From contig CAXXLL010000002.1 of NCBI GenBank assembly GCA_963662545.2, positions 640,001 through 704,000 of the forward strand: DNA of 64,000 nucleotides, given 5' to 3'. The position numbers and the translations under genes are program-made. The notes beneath the pieces were generated by a model. It was not told where the DNA came from, made no database searches, and saw only the letters and a list, made by a program, of their open reading frames with translations. Of this stretch, positions 11,854 through 22,655 are shown one piece after another. The DNA is from Gammaproteobacteria bacterium (GTDB taxonomy: Bacteria; Pseudomonadota; Gammaproteobacteria; Ga0077536). Numbering within the stretch: position 1 is the stretch's first letter; each line of letters opens with the position of its first letter.

Positions 11854-12192
11854 ATGAGCGGAATCAAAGTGGTCGATGTTAGCGAAGCCGAAGTGTACGA
11901 AGAGCCAACGCTCGTTAGCCGCCGGGTGATCCGCAAGGAACACGGCGCCGAAAGCATGTCGCTTAACATCTCGACCTTGCACGAAGGCTATGACGATCCG
12001 GCGGTCACCTACCCGGAACACGATGAAGTCGTCTACATCCTCACCGGGACGGTCGAATTCACCTTCGATGGACAAACACAATCGCTCGGCAAGGGCAAGG
12101 CGATCTACATTCCGCGCGGTCAGACATACGGTTATAAGGTGACCGAGGGCCCCAACGACGTCGTCGCTGTTTTTACACCGGCCAAATTTTGA
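11854..12192 (+). CDS. Cupin domain protein
   Basis: HDEVVYILTG...IYIPRG cupin motifs; in operon. Confidence 0.8.
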   Translation: MSGIKVVDVSEAEVYEEPTLVSRRVIRKEHGAESMSLNISTLHEGYDDPAVTYPEHDEVVYILTGTVEFTFDGQTQSLGKGKAIYIPRGQTYGYKVTEGPNDVVAVFTPAKF

Positions 12193-12286
12193 TCATGGCG
12201 CGCTAGAACGGCATGTCCAGCGATGGGTCGCTTGGTCAGAAATGAACTGGCTGTGCCCATGACGTATGCAATATGGTTCTACCGTC

Positions 12287-14239
12287 ATGTTTGACCACCT
12301 GATCTCGCCGATTACGCTCAGAAGTCGGACCTTTCGTAACCGCATCTTCTCGTCTGGCCACCAGACCCTGCTCGCGCGCAGGGGCTTGATTACCGATGCA
12401 TTCGTCGCCTATCACGAAGCACGCGCCCGCGGCGGTGCCGGTCTCATCATTACCGAGGCTGTATCTGCGCACGAGTCCGCGTATTTCAATGAATACGTGC
12501 CGTCCGGTTTTCTCGACGAGTCGATCCCCGGTTTTCGCCAACTCGCGGAGGTCGTTCATGGACATGATTGTGGTCTAATCGGGCAACTCTTCCATCCCGG
12601 CGCCGAAGTCGCGGCAATCCTTGATGACGGCAGCCGTCCCGTGGCGTGGGCGCCTTCGATGCATCAGCAAGAGCGCTATCTAGTGACTGCCCGGCCGATG
12701 CCGGTATCAATGATCCGCGACGTAATCGAAGGCTACGGTGACACTGCCGCGCGCATGGTTACCGCAGGGCTCGATGGTGTTGAAGTACTCGCAAGCCATG
12801 GTTACCTGCCGATCCAGTTCTGCAATCCCCGGGTCAATCACCGCACCGACGACTATGGCGGCAGTTTCGAGAAGCGCCTGCGCTTCCTGAACGAAGTGCA
12901 CGACACGATACGCGCAAAAATCGGTACGGACGTCGTCATTGGTTTACGGATTTCCGCGGGCGATCGGATGGTTGAAGGATTCAGTGAAGACGAGGCGCTC
13001 GAAGTATTGGGTGCGCTCGATTCCGCAGATCGCTTCGATTACTTCAACATCACCTTGGGCTCGTCTGCGACCACCGAAGGCGCGGTGCATATCGTGCCAC
13101 CGATGTCGATCGAACCGGCCTATGTTGCGCCCTACGCTGAGCGCGTTAAACGCGCCACCAGCCGCGCCATTCTTGTGACCGGACGATTCAACCGGCCGCA
13201 GGACGCCGAAATCGCGCTTGAGGCAGGGCAGGCGGATATGATCGGTATGACGCGCGCACAGATCTGCGATCCAGACATGGCGCGTAAAGCCCGCGAGCAA
13301 AGACCCGATGATATTCGTGTTTGCATCGCGTGCAACCAGACCTGCATCGGGCACTACGCCCTCGGCGCGCCGATCTCGTGCATTCAACATCCGGAAACCG
13401 GGCGCGAGCTCGAATTCGGCGAGCGTGTGCCTGCTACAAAGCCGCGCGAAGTAATGGTTATCGGCGGCGGTCCCGCCGGCCTCAAGGCGGCCGCGGTCGC
13501 CGCCGAAAGAGGCCACCGCGTCTCCCTCTATGAAAAGAATGCGCGACTCGGCGGCCAGACGCTGCTGGCCCAACTGTTACCGGACCGCAGCGAATTTGGT
13601 GGCATCACCACTAACCTGGAGCGCGAAGCCCGTAGCGCCGGTGTCAACATCAATACGGGTGTTGAAATGACGGGCGATACAATTCGTGCGGCCTGCGCGG
13701 ATGTCGTGATCATCGCCTCAGGGGCAACGCCGTACATGCCGGAGATAGAATTCGGCGACAGCGCGCAGGTCGTCAACGCCTGGCAGGTGATTAACGATGA
13801 AGTCGACTGCGGATCGCGCGTTGTGGTCGCCGATTGGCGTGGTGACTGGGTGAGCCTAGGCCTCGCAATGAAGCTCGCTCGCGCCGGCCACCACGTGCGC
13901 CTCGCGACGGTGGCGAACTGCGCCGGCGTGAACGTCGAATATTACACGCGTGATTCGCTGATTGCGGAACTCGACCGACTCGGCGTCGAGTTTACCCATT
14001 ACGCGCGCCTCGCGGGTGCCGATGAAAATACTGTGTACTTCGTCCACGCAAGCGGCGGGCATGCAATGGAATTCGAGAGCAATACGCTGGTCGTTGCGTA
14101 CGGACATCAGAGCGAGATGGTTCTATCGAACAGCCTCGAAGGCTACGGTGCGGAAATTCACATAATCGGCGATGCTTTGTCGCCGCGCACCGCCGAAGAG
14201 GCAGTCCTCGAAGGATTGAAAGTTGGAAGCCAAATCTGA
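12287..14239 (+). CDS. NADH:flavin oxidoreductase (OYE barrel + 4Fe-4S + FAD; TMADH/DCR-like)
   Basis: SHGYL, RTDDYGGS, CIACNQTC...C cluster motif, IGGGPAG. Confidence 0.9.
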   Translation: MFDHLISPITLRSRTFRNRIFSSGHQTLLARRGLITDAFVAYHEARARGGAGLIITEAVSAHESAYFNEYVPSGFLDESIPGFRQLAEVVHGHDCGLIGQLFHPGAEVAAILDDGSRPVAWAPSMHQQERYLVTARPMPVSMIRDVIEGYGDTAARMVTAGLDGVEVLASHGYLPIQFCNPRVNHRTDDYGGSFEKRLRFLNEVHDTIRAKIGTDVVIGLRISAGDRMVEGFSEDEALEVLGALDSADRFDYFNITLGSSATTEGAVHIVPPMSIEPAYVAPYAERVKRATSRAILVTGRFNRPQDAEIALEAGQADMIGMTRAQICDPDMARKAREQRPDDIRVCIACNQTCIGHYALGAPISCIQHPETGRELEFGERVPATKPREVMVIGGGPAGLKAAAVAAERGHRVSLYEKNARLGGQTLLAQLLPDRSEFGGITTNLEREARSAGVNINTGVEMTGDTIRAACADVVIIASGATPYMPEIEFGDSAQVVNAWQVINDEVDCGSRVVVADWRGDWVSLGLAMKLARAGHHVRLATVANCAGVNVEYYTRDSLIAELDRLGVEFTHYARLAGADENTVYFVHASGGHAMEFESNTLVVAYGHQSEMVLSNSLEGYGAEIHIIGDALSPRTAEEAVLEGLKVGSQI

Positions 14240-15262
14240 GCGGAGCAAGTACTGCTGCAATAGAATTTCAGTGATGCGTTCTGCGGGTCGCCTGACGACG
14301 TTAAAAGTAAATGGAGGGTACTGACGAGTTAAGCCAGGATAAAGAATATTCACCGCAGGATCCGATTAAAATCGATGTACAAGCGCTATCGATTCCCTGC
14401 CCCTGCTATATATTCGTCCGGGTTGATTTAGCAGGGGTGTTGAAGTTTCGTCATCCCTGATAATTCCCTGTTAACTTCGGGCGCGTTTTCTAGCAGCGTG
14501 CCGTAACGCGCTATAAAATCAGGATATTTGTAAAGCTCTGCTGGGTTTTCTGGCGGAAATCGAAAGATTTTCCCTGTACTTTCCCTGTAAACAGGGGAGA
14601 ACTGTTCGCACCAGACTTCCTCCATCGCCATAACATTCAGTAAGCTTCTGTATTTACTGGATGGATGTCCGTAGGTCCAAACTCTAGCCACTTTTCTACC
14701 CGCAACTCGATCGCTCAAACGCGCTGAACAGACCACGCAGAACCGGCTTCGTTCGTGGGTAGGGCAGCGACCTCGGCAACATTGCCTATCTACGCGCCTC
14801 CGTTAGTCGCGCAAATCAGTACGGAATGTCACTCGGCTATTGGATTTGCTCAAGAGGGGGCGATGCAGCACCGTTAGAGTCGACAACGATATTCATGTTT
14901 GTCCTCATCGCGAATGCCCTGACGATGGTCGGGGTGGGTGAGGCGCTTTGGCCAGAGGGTGGGAAGGAGAAATAAGAAGCCGTCGATTGAGCCGACGTCC
15001 GCTCACCCCGAAAGCAGCCATGACCGGCGATGCGAATCCCACACTTGACCATGACGGCTTTCGGCTGTGGATTCAACCGGTCGATGCAACATCTAATCTC
15101 ACTTACGTTAGGCCGTCACGCTCCCGCTTGAAGATTGGGAGCGCGTCGGCCCGGGTCGGGACTAAGTCATTCTCGACGCGTAAGAGCCCGTGACGGCAAG
15201 GCAAAAGGCAAGATCTGAGACACCGGGACAGTTTGGGTAGGGGCATCTAACGTGACAGCGGG

Positions 15263-15595
15263 CTAGAGCCTATTGCCGCGAAAAATCGTCATGTGGTCCT
15301 TCGGTTCTGATCCGAGCAGTGCGCGTCCACCGGATTCGTCTTGTTTAGGGCATCTGTTAATGTAGATGGGAGGGGGTATTTTGCCGGCTGCTTTATACTT
15401 ATCTACTCGAATTTGAATTCTCTCCTCCAAAGGTAGCGTGCAATCCTCTTGCATACTAAGTTGGGCAGGCTCGGAGCTGTTCGGATCGCTCACTGTTTTT
15501 CCCTGGTTACCGAGGTGGGGCGCACCGCGGTTATAAGTCGCAGTCGCACACCCAGCGGCCAACACGCACAACGCACAGATGACTACTTTTCGCAT
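15263..15595 (-). CDS. Putative lipoprotein
   Basis: Signal peptide with LAAGC lipobox. Confidence 0.55.
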   Translation of the reverse strand: MRKVVICALCVLAAGCATATYNRGAPHLGNQGKTVSDPNSSEPAQLSMQEDCTLPLEERIQIRVDKYKAAGKIPPPIYINRCPKQDESGGRALLGSEPKDHMTIFRGNRL

Positions 15596-15786
15596 ATCAC
15601 TACGCTCTCAGACTTTTTCTAATGTTAAGTGTAGGCCGCCAGCAAAGGAACACAACCCACAACCCACAAAACACCAACCCCAAGGTAATCGCCAGTTAAT
15701 CGGTTCCGTGTCGCTCCTCCCCTTCATTTTGTAAATGGAGTCGCAAAGGATAGCATAGCCAGGATCGAATCCGCCGTAAGAAGAAA

Positions 15787-15917
15787 GTCCGGTTTGGGTC
15801 GTGAGCCGCCGCCTCGCGGCAGCGCAGCAATACTCTAGATTACGTCGGCAATACCCTCGTAAGCAGACATTAAGTAGCGTTTAGCTGCGTGCACATTATG
15901 AGCGTCGGCTTCCGGCC
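15787..15917 (+). repeat. Tri-modular repeat R1 (right arm displaced to 18996-19011 by IS1182)
   Basis: GGGTC 15796, GGCC 15914; central GTCGGCAATACCCTCGTAAGCAGAC module. Confidence 0.9.
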
Positions 15918-16107
15918 GAGGCCGTGTCAAAAGTCGGAATACGGTGGGGTCATGTTGAGAATACACGCGCAGACGAACGTCGGTGCCGTTCACCGGCCGC
16001 GATAACCGCCCCCTCAATCGACCGGCAAATGAAACGTTCTTCAGAACCGCCCCTGAGGCCGCCCTTGGAACTCTGAAACCGCCGGTTCTTTCAGGCGAAA
16101 GAGGGCG

Positions 16108-17537
16108 TCATACCCCCATCGCCGCGATTAAAGCGCCCGCCCCCTTGATTTGGAGAACGCGCTTCAGGTTATAAGCCAGCACGTGCAGACTCATCTCCGT
16201 ACTCACCCGTGGCAGCGTCTTCGTTAAGAAGTGCGTCGCTCCCATCCAGGCTTTCAGCGTCCCGAAGGGATGCTCGACCGTTTGTCGACGCAGTTGCATC
16301 TTCTCCGGAGCCGCGTGCAGTCGTGCCTGCATCTCGTCGAGCACATCTTCACGCTCCCAGCGTTTGACCCGACGCTCGAGACCGGTCGTACACTTCGCCT
16401 TGATCGGACAGTCCTTGCACGCCGTCGTCCAATAGACATTTAGCGTCAGCCCCTTCTCAATGCTGACGCAGCGCCATGTCAACGCTTCTCCCGCCGGGCA
16501 CCGGTATTGATCCTGCTCTGGCTCGTAGACAAAGTCTTGTTTGCCATACCGTCCTTTCTTCTTGCTTGGTGAAGTCAATGGCTTGGGCACGTAGGTGCGT
16601 ATCCCTTCATCCTCGCACGCCACGACCTCGGTTCCCGTGTAGTAACCCCGGTCACTCACCACCTCGAGATCGTCATGTCCGGTTGCGTCACGCGCCTGCT
16701 CGGCTATCGTCGCCAGATGCGCGCGGTCGCTACCCACGTTTGTCACCTCGTGCGCCACTATCAGATGGTTCTTGGACTCTACCGCCGCCTGCACGTTGTA
16801 GCCCACTATCCCGGTGCCCCGGGTCTTCATCGCGCGCGAATCCGGATCGCTCAGCGAGAGCTGCTGGTCTGGCTCAGCCAACCTGCGCTGCTCTAATGCC
16901 TTCAGACGCGACATCTCCTCTTCGAGCTGCTTCAGCTTGGCTTGTAAACCACTCACCTTCGCCTCCGGCATCGACGGTTGCGCTTGGTCGGCCTCATCCA
17001 ACTCAGCCAGGTAACGCGCTATATGCCGCTCAAGGCGCGCTTGACGCGCCTTCATCTTCGACTCAGTGAAGTTCTTGTCCCGTGAGTTCACCGCTTTGAA
17101 CTTGCTGCCGTCTATCGCCACCAGCGCTTGGCTGAACAGCTTGAGACGACGGCATACACCAATAAACTCACGGCACACCCCGACGATGCCTTTGCCGTTG
17201 TCCTTGCGGAAGTTGGCTATCGTCTTGTGGTCAGGCATCAGCCGACGCGTCAACCACATCACTTCGACGTTGCGTTGCGTCTCGCGCTCCAATCGCCGGC
17301 TCGACTGGAGGCGATTGAGGTAGCCGTAGATATACAGCTTCAACAGCGTCGCAGGGTCATAGGCCGGCCGGCCCAGCGCGCGAGGCTGATGACGCTCGAA
17401 GCCCAGGCCTTTCAGATCGAGTGCCTCGACAAACGCCTCAATCACCCTGATAGCGTTGTCTTCTGTGATGTAGTCGTCGAGTCGTTCCGGGAATAGTGTG
17501 CTCTGGGTTCGGTCTTCGCCTTCAACGAATCGCGTCA
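16108..17537 (-). pseudogene. IS1182 transposase separated from its start codon (ATG at 18931) by IS256
   Basis: SSRRLERE, AIDGSKF, DRGY and VEHPFGTLK motifs; the N-terminal MTR lies beyond the IS256. Confidence 0.85.
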
Positions 17538-18921
17538 GAGTTATTGTCAAAAGTGGTGTTCAGGCGGTTGAATCAAGCGGCGACCTGATTGACCCTTGTC
17601 ACCTCGATACCATCTTCAAATTTAACTCCAGTAATCACCTTGGCCAGGTAGTCGAATCCACGTAGGCGTCGCCAATTCTTCTGCGCACACCGCCCCAGCT
17701 TGAACATCATATGGAGCATGCCGTCCCGAGAGAGACCGCCCTTGGAGCGCCGGGTCCGGTGCCGGATCGTAGCGAAGGTGGATTCAATCGGATTGCTCGT
17801 GCGAATGCTTTGCCAATGTGGTGCCGGAAAATCATAGAACGCCAGCAACTCCTCACGGTCTTTCTGTAGGCACAGGGTCGCCTTGGGATACTTCGGTTCA
17901 TAGGTCTTGAGGAACAGCTCGAACGCCTTCTCGGCGTCGGCCTTTGTCGCGGCCTGCCAGATCGCGTGCAGGGCTTGCTTGGCTTTGGCCTGTGCCGACT
18001 TCGGTAGGCAGTTCAGCACGTTCATCGTCTTGTGCATCCAGCAGCGTTGCTGGCGGGTCTCACCGTAGACTTCCTCCAGTGCGGCCCAGAAGCCCATGGC
18101 ACCGTCCCCGATCGCCAGCTTGGGAATATTCATCCCGCGTGACTTCAATTTCAGCAACACCTCGCGCCAGCTCTGCGTGGACTCCCGCACACCATCCTCC
18201 ATCGCCAAAAAACGCTTCTCGCCTCGCTCATTGACGCCGATCACCACCAACGCACACAGCTTCGTGTGCTCCGCCCGCAGGCCACTGTAGACACCGTCCG
18301 CCCACACCTACACCCAGCGGTCTTGGTCCAATCGCCCCTCGCACCAGTCGCGGTATTCTTGCGCCCACACCTGCTTCAAGCGCGACACGGTGCTCGCCGA
18401 CAGGCCCTTCGCCTGCGGCCCCAACAAAACTTCCAGCGCAGCGCCCATTTCGCCACTGGAAACGCCCTTCAAATACAGCCACGGCACGGCCGCCTCCAAG
18501 GTTCTTGTCTTGCGCACATACGGCGGCACCAGCGCTGAACGGAAGGTCACCGGCTCGCCGAGCTTCGAACGAACCTTCGGGATCCTCACCGTCACCGGCC
18601 CCAAGCCCGTCTGCAACTGGCGTTCCGGCAAATAGCCGTTGCGAACCACACCTGCTTTGTCGTCCACCGTGCGATGTCCTGAATACTGCGCCATATATTC
18701 TGCCAGCTCGATTTCAACCGCTCGTTCAATCAGAGCACGAGCACCGTTTCTCAAGACCTCCGTCAACGGATCTGGTATTCCTTCTCGACCTGATAATTCA
18801 ACAACGTTACTCTCTCATGGTGGCGTATCCTCTTTGGTTGGCTTGCTGCTTGGTAACAACATTTCAACCAGATACGCCGCCTTTATTCAATTCGCTCAAA
18901 CACCAGATTCAGTTATAACTC
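17538..18921 (-). mobile_element. IS256-family element with inactivated transposase
   Basis: IRs GAGTTAT...TGGTG; 9-bp TSD ATCGCGTCA (17529-37 and 18922-30); QRCWMHK and RTSNPIES motifs; internal TAG at 18308-10. Confidence 0.9.
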
Positions 18922-19068
18922 ATCGCGTCATTCGGAACACCTAGGCGGGTCTTTCGATCAGTATGCACATCCTCGCAGACTTTTGACACAGCCTCGGCCA
19001 ACAGTGGACATCGAGCAATGCATTGTGGCGCCGAACTCTGTTATCGCTCCGAAGCGCGGACGAGATGC

Positions 19069-19569
19069 CTATTTTCTAGGCCCTATAGTTTTAGGTTCGT
19101 CGAACAGTGTTGGCTCAATAGGTATACCGTCAACCGTCATCGCATGTTCGACGTAGGTCTCCACTCCAGCCGGGATGACTGTTCCATGCTGTGCAACGCC
19201 GAGGTATATCTGTTTAGAATTTTTCGGCGTTCGTTCGAACCAATTCGGATCATCGAAAGTACCGGCGTGAACTCCGGCCATATCTGGAAATCGTTCCCAA
19301 GTGATGAATAGGTTCGTGCCACACGTCGCACAGAAGTGAAGGTAGAGCCATTTCCCACTTCCTTCGGAACGGTGTTCATAGATATTTGCGTTACCATTAG
19401 TGACCGAGAAATTTACTTCATCGAACGTCGGTAAAATGATGTACGCTCCGCCCGTAGATTTTTGGCACATCCGACAATGGCACATCCAGACCGTAAGGGG
19501 TTGTGATAAGACCGCATATCGTACCCCTCCGCAAAGACATCCGCCTTCTGCAACTGACATCGTACTCAC
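19069..19569 (-). CDS. GFA/CENP-V family protein
   Basis: GGCLCGGVRY, CHCRMCQ and FCATCGT zinc motifs. Confidence 0.9.
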   Translation of the reverse strand: MSTMSVAEGGCLCGGVRYAVLSQPLTVWMCHCRMCQKSTGGAYIILPTFDEVNFSVTNGNANIYEHRSEGSGKWLYLHFCATCGTNLFITWERFPDMAGVHAGTFDDPNWFERTPKNSKQIYLGVAQHGTVIPAGVETYVEHAMTVDGIPIEPTLFDEPKTIGPRK

Positions 19570-19580
19570 CCTAATTAAGT

Positions 19581-20965
19581 GGGTCTACGCGGATTCATGT
19601 GGGTAAATTCTGAATTAGACCAAGTGTAAACCATTGAAATCATGTAGACATTCAGAGATTTCGTATGGGGTGAAAGTGGTTTCATTTTGTGGGTAGGCTA
19701 AGGCCATGAAGAATCCCAAGTCGATCCGAGCGCTGTTTGCGTTCCCTAGTTTTACCGCCGCATCGAAATTGGTGGGCATGTTTGGTGATCGGTATGCCCG
19801 TGTGATCCAACTCAAGAGGCGAAAAAAACAGCGATCTGTTCTCACTGTGCTCACCGGTGCCGCGGGCGTTACGACAAGAAGGTGCTGCGAGTACGAGACC
19901 TGTCAGTTGCCGGATGGCGAATCTACCTGGAGTTCGAACGCTGGCGTGTCAGTTGCCGGAGGTGCGGCGGCGTGCAGGTAGAACATCTTGACTGGCTGGC
20001 AAAGAACCCTCGCTATACGCAGCGCTTTGCCATGCAGGTGGGCAAGCTGTGCCGGGACATGCCGAACCAGGCTGTCGCCGAGAGGGAACGCCTGCACCAC
20101 AGCACGGTGAAAGACCTCGATAAGCTGTACATGCAAAAGCAGGTTGAGCTGGCGGGCATGCCAGCACCCCGGGCCATCGGTATTGATGAGATCTCCATCC
20201 GCAAAGGACATAACTACCGGGTCATCGTCAGTGACCTGGATCGGGGGCGTCCTATCTGGGTCGGTGGTGAAGGTCGCAAAGAGGCTGACATCGACCTGTT
20301 TTTCCAGGCATTGGGCGAGAACAAGAGCGCTCGCATCGAACTGGCGGCGATGGACATGTGGAAGCCGTTCCGTAACTCGGTCATGAACAACGCACCGCAG
20401 GCGCGGATCATCTATGACAAGTTCCATATCATGCGCCACCTCTCAAAGGCTCTCGATGAAGTCCGGCGCCGTGAATACAAACGTCTCCGCGGCAAGGACA
20501 GGAGTTACATCAAAGGCCAGCGATATACCTTGCTCTCGCGACGCGAGAACCTGAATCTGGATGGCAGACGAGCCCTGAAAAAACTGCTCCAGGCCAACCG
20601 GCGTCTGAACACCGCCTACGTCCTCAAGGAAACCTTCGGCCAACTCTGGGACTACCGTACCGAGCGCGGCGCGCGTGCCTTTTTCGAGCGCTGGAAGGAC
20701 AGTCTGAAATGGCAGCGATTGGCGCCGTATCGCAAGTTTGCTGAGCTGATTGAATCCCATTGGGATGGCATTGCTTCCTATTGTGATGCTAAGAATAAAG
20801 TCAGTCTTGGATTGGTCGAAGGGGTCAACAACAAAATCCGGGTCCTGCAACGACGCGCCTATGGCTATCGTGATGAGGAATTCCTCAAACTGAAAATCAT
20901 TGCGGCATTTCTTCCGCCACTACCCAGAAATGCCAATATCAACCCACACGTTTCCGCGTAGACCC
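19581..20965 (+). mobile_element. ISL3-family element
   Basis: IRs GGGTCTACGCGGA / TCCGCGTAGACCC; 8-bp TSD AATTAAGT. Confidence 0.92.
19706..20961 (+). CDS. ISL3 transposase in two frames joined by a -1 shift at an A7 run (19822-28)
   Basis: IGIDE, AAMDMW, DKFHI and EGVNNKI..RRAYGYR motifs; CSHC finger follows the shift. Confidence 0.85.
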
Positions 20966-21121
20966 AATTAAGTTTACTTCAGTTAAGCATATTAAGGTTC
21001 GATCTATAGAGAACAGTTAGTAACCTATGCCTCTGATCGCGTCGTGATATTTTGCCGGCAGCGCAAACATTACTTTAACAAAGCTAGCGTAATCCAAAGG
21101 GTATCTTTGAACACTGTGAAT

Positions 21122-21252
21122 GTCGCCTTGGGGTCGTCAGCAGCCTGATTGGGGCGGTGCAGCACCTTTCAGCAACACGTCTGCTGTCCCCTCGTAAGCG
21201 GTCATTAAGTAGCGTTCGACGACGCGACTATGACGGACGGCGGCTCTCGGCC
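21122..21252 (+). repeat. Tri-modular repeat R2 (right arm at 21412-21427 after MITE)
   Basis: GGGTC 21131, GGCC 21249. Confidence 0.9.
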
Positions 21253-21411
21253 GAGGCTGTGTCAAAAGTATTTTCGAATTTTGAAAGTGGGAGAAGTTTA
21301 GCCCGATTCGTCTACCTTAGGCGGTGCGTTCCCTTAATCAATCGTGCATAACAACCTAAGTGGGGAAAATTTTCACGGCGGGCTCCATTTTTCGACTTTT
21401 GACACAGCCTC
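21253..21411. mobile_element. MITE-A (159 bp, IS1182-type ends)
   Basis: IRs GAGGCTGTGTCAAAAGT; GGCC TSD; same sequence as 34221-34379. Confidence 0.9.
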
Positions 21412-21506
21412 GGCCATTTGCAGACGTCGATCGATTTCGGATTCTGTTATTTGAGTGTCCTCTTTAGCGATGTATCTGGAACATGTTCTGAGTACAGTGC
21501 CAGTAA

Positions 21507-21714
21507 GTCTCGATATCGAACACGCGCTTGAGGCGTTGCGCCCATGTCATAGCGGTGCGGCGCTGGGCGGGCGTCTTGTCTTCGGTGCGATCGCGCGGTG
21601 GCCGTCCCCGCCCGGCCGGCGTGACGGCGGCACGATGGGCGCTGTTGGGGGCGAACACGCCGTGGAAGCGCGTCAGGTTGACCCGGGGCTTGGGCACCAG
21701 GGCGACCAGGCGCA
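21507..21714 (-). pseudogene. IS91/ISCR rolling-circle transposase C-terminal remnant
   Basis: PRVNLTRFHGVFAPNS...MTWAQRLKRVFDIE. Confidence 0.85.
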
Positions 21715-22020
21715 AGCGGCGACGGCTTGCACGATAGTCTCGACACCTTGCGTGCGGGCGGCCGTTATGTTTTCTTCGGCGCGACGCGGGGCAACGCCGA
21801 GAAGGGCGTTAACATGGCCAAGCTCTTTTTTCGCCAAATCCGGATCCAGGGTACGACGATGGGCCGGCCACAGGAATTTAAGGACATGGTCGATTTTGTC
21901 AATTTGCACGGTATCGAACCCGTTATCGACGAGGTCGTCCCATTCGAACAGGCGGTCGCCGCCCATCAGCGCCTGCTGGATGCCGAACAGATGGGCAAGA
22001 TAGTCCTCGAGATTGCATGA
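21715..22020 (+). pseudogene. C-terminal fragment of a zinc-binding/quinone oxidoreductase-type dehydrogenase
   Basis: GGRYVFFGAT...QGTTMG...PVIDEV...QMGKIVL; N-terminus missing. Confidence 0.75.
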
Positions 22021-22039
22021 GCGCTTGGCGCCCTTTTAA

Positions 22040-22630
22040 ATGAACCGCTTTATCGGACGGCTCGCACTCGTTACGCTGTTCAGTGCGTGCACCACGGTCG
22101 CGGCACAGGATTTCAAAAGCGGTGAACGCCTGTTGATCCCGGTACCGGACGGTTGGGAAAAGGTATACCACAAGCGTGTAAAGGACGTCGCGCAGGCGGA
22201 ATACGTGCCGGAAAGTCAGAGCCGTGATATATGGGACGAGATGATCACGGCCCAGATCCTATTTGGCCGCGCCAAGGTGTTACCGGATAAAGTATTGCTG
22301 AGCGTTGCCGACGGCGCGAGCAAGCGTTGTGAGCTATTCGAAGTCCGGCCGCTTGAGTTCGACAACAAGGCCGTCTACCGCACGCTCGGCATCGTCGTAT
22401 TGTGCGGTTCCAATACGCGCACCGGGCAGGGCGAACTCGTTTTCGTCAGGGCGATCGGCGGCACCTACAATTTTTACATCGTGCAGAAAATTTGGCGGAC
22501 GCCGGAGTTCGATATATCTACGGAGTTGCCGGTGCCCCTCGCCGAACGCCAGACCTGGCTCGAATACCTCACGTCCATTGATGTCTGCGATCTGGGTCTA
22601 GGGAACTGTCCGGAATCGGTGAAGGAATAA
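22040..22630 (+). CDS. Hypothetical secreted protein
   Basis: Signal-peptide-like N-terminus; 196-aa ORF. Confidence 0.6.
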   Translation: MNRFIGRLALVTLFSACTTVAAQDFKSGERLLIPVPDGWEKVYHKRVKDVAQAEYVPESQSRDIWDEMITAQILFGRAKVLPDKVLLSVADGASKRCELFEVRPLEFDNKAVYRTLGIVVLCGSNTRTGQGELVFVRAIGGTYNFYIVQKIWRTPEFDISTELPVPLAERQTWLEYLTSIDVCDLGLGNCPESVKE

Positions 22631-22655
22631 GCGGCATTGGGGCTAGCCCGCCCCG

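Larger units (their letters stand above)
15918..18995 (-). mobile_element. IS1182-family element, interrupted by IS256
   Basis: IRs GAGGCCGTGTCAAAAGTC / GACTTTTGACACAGCCTC; GGCC duplicated on both flanks. Confidence 0.9.

Noticed and set aside
117-13573. Long antisense ORFs (117-1031, 2521-3441, 6648-7463, 9590-10426, 10944-11717, 12944-13573)
   Set aside because: Shadows of well-supported genes in GC-rich DNA, with no motifs of their own.
14595-14630. Complete tRNA gene
   Set aside because: Only a T-arm/CCA-like end; no D arm or anticodon arm could be built.
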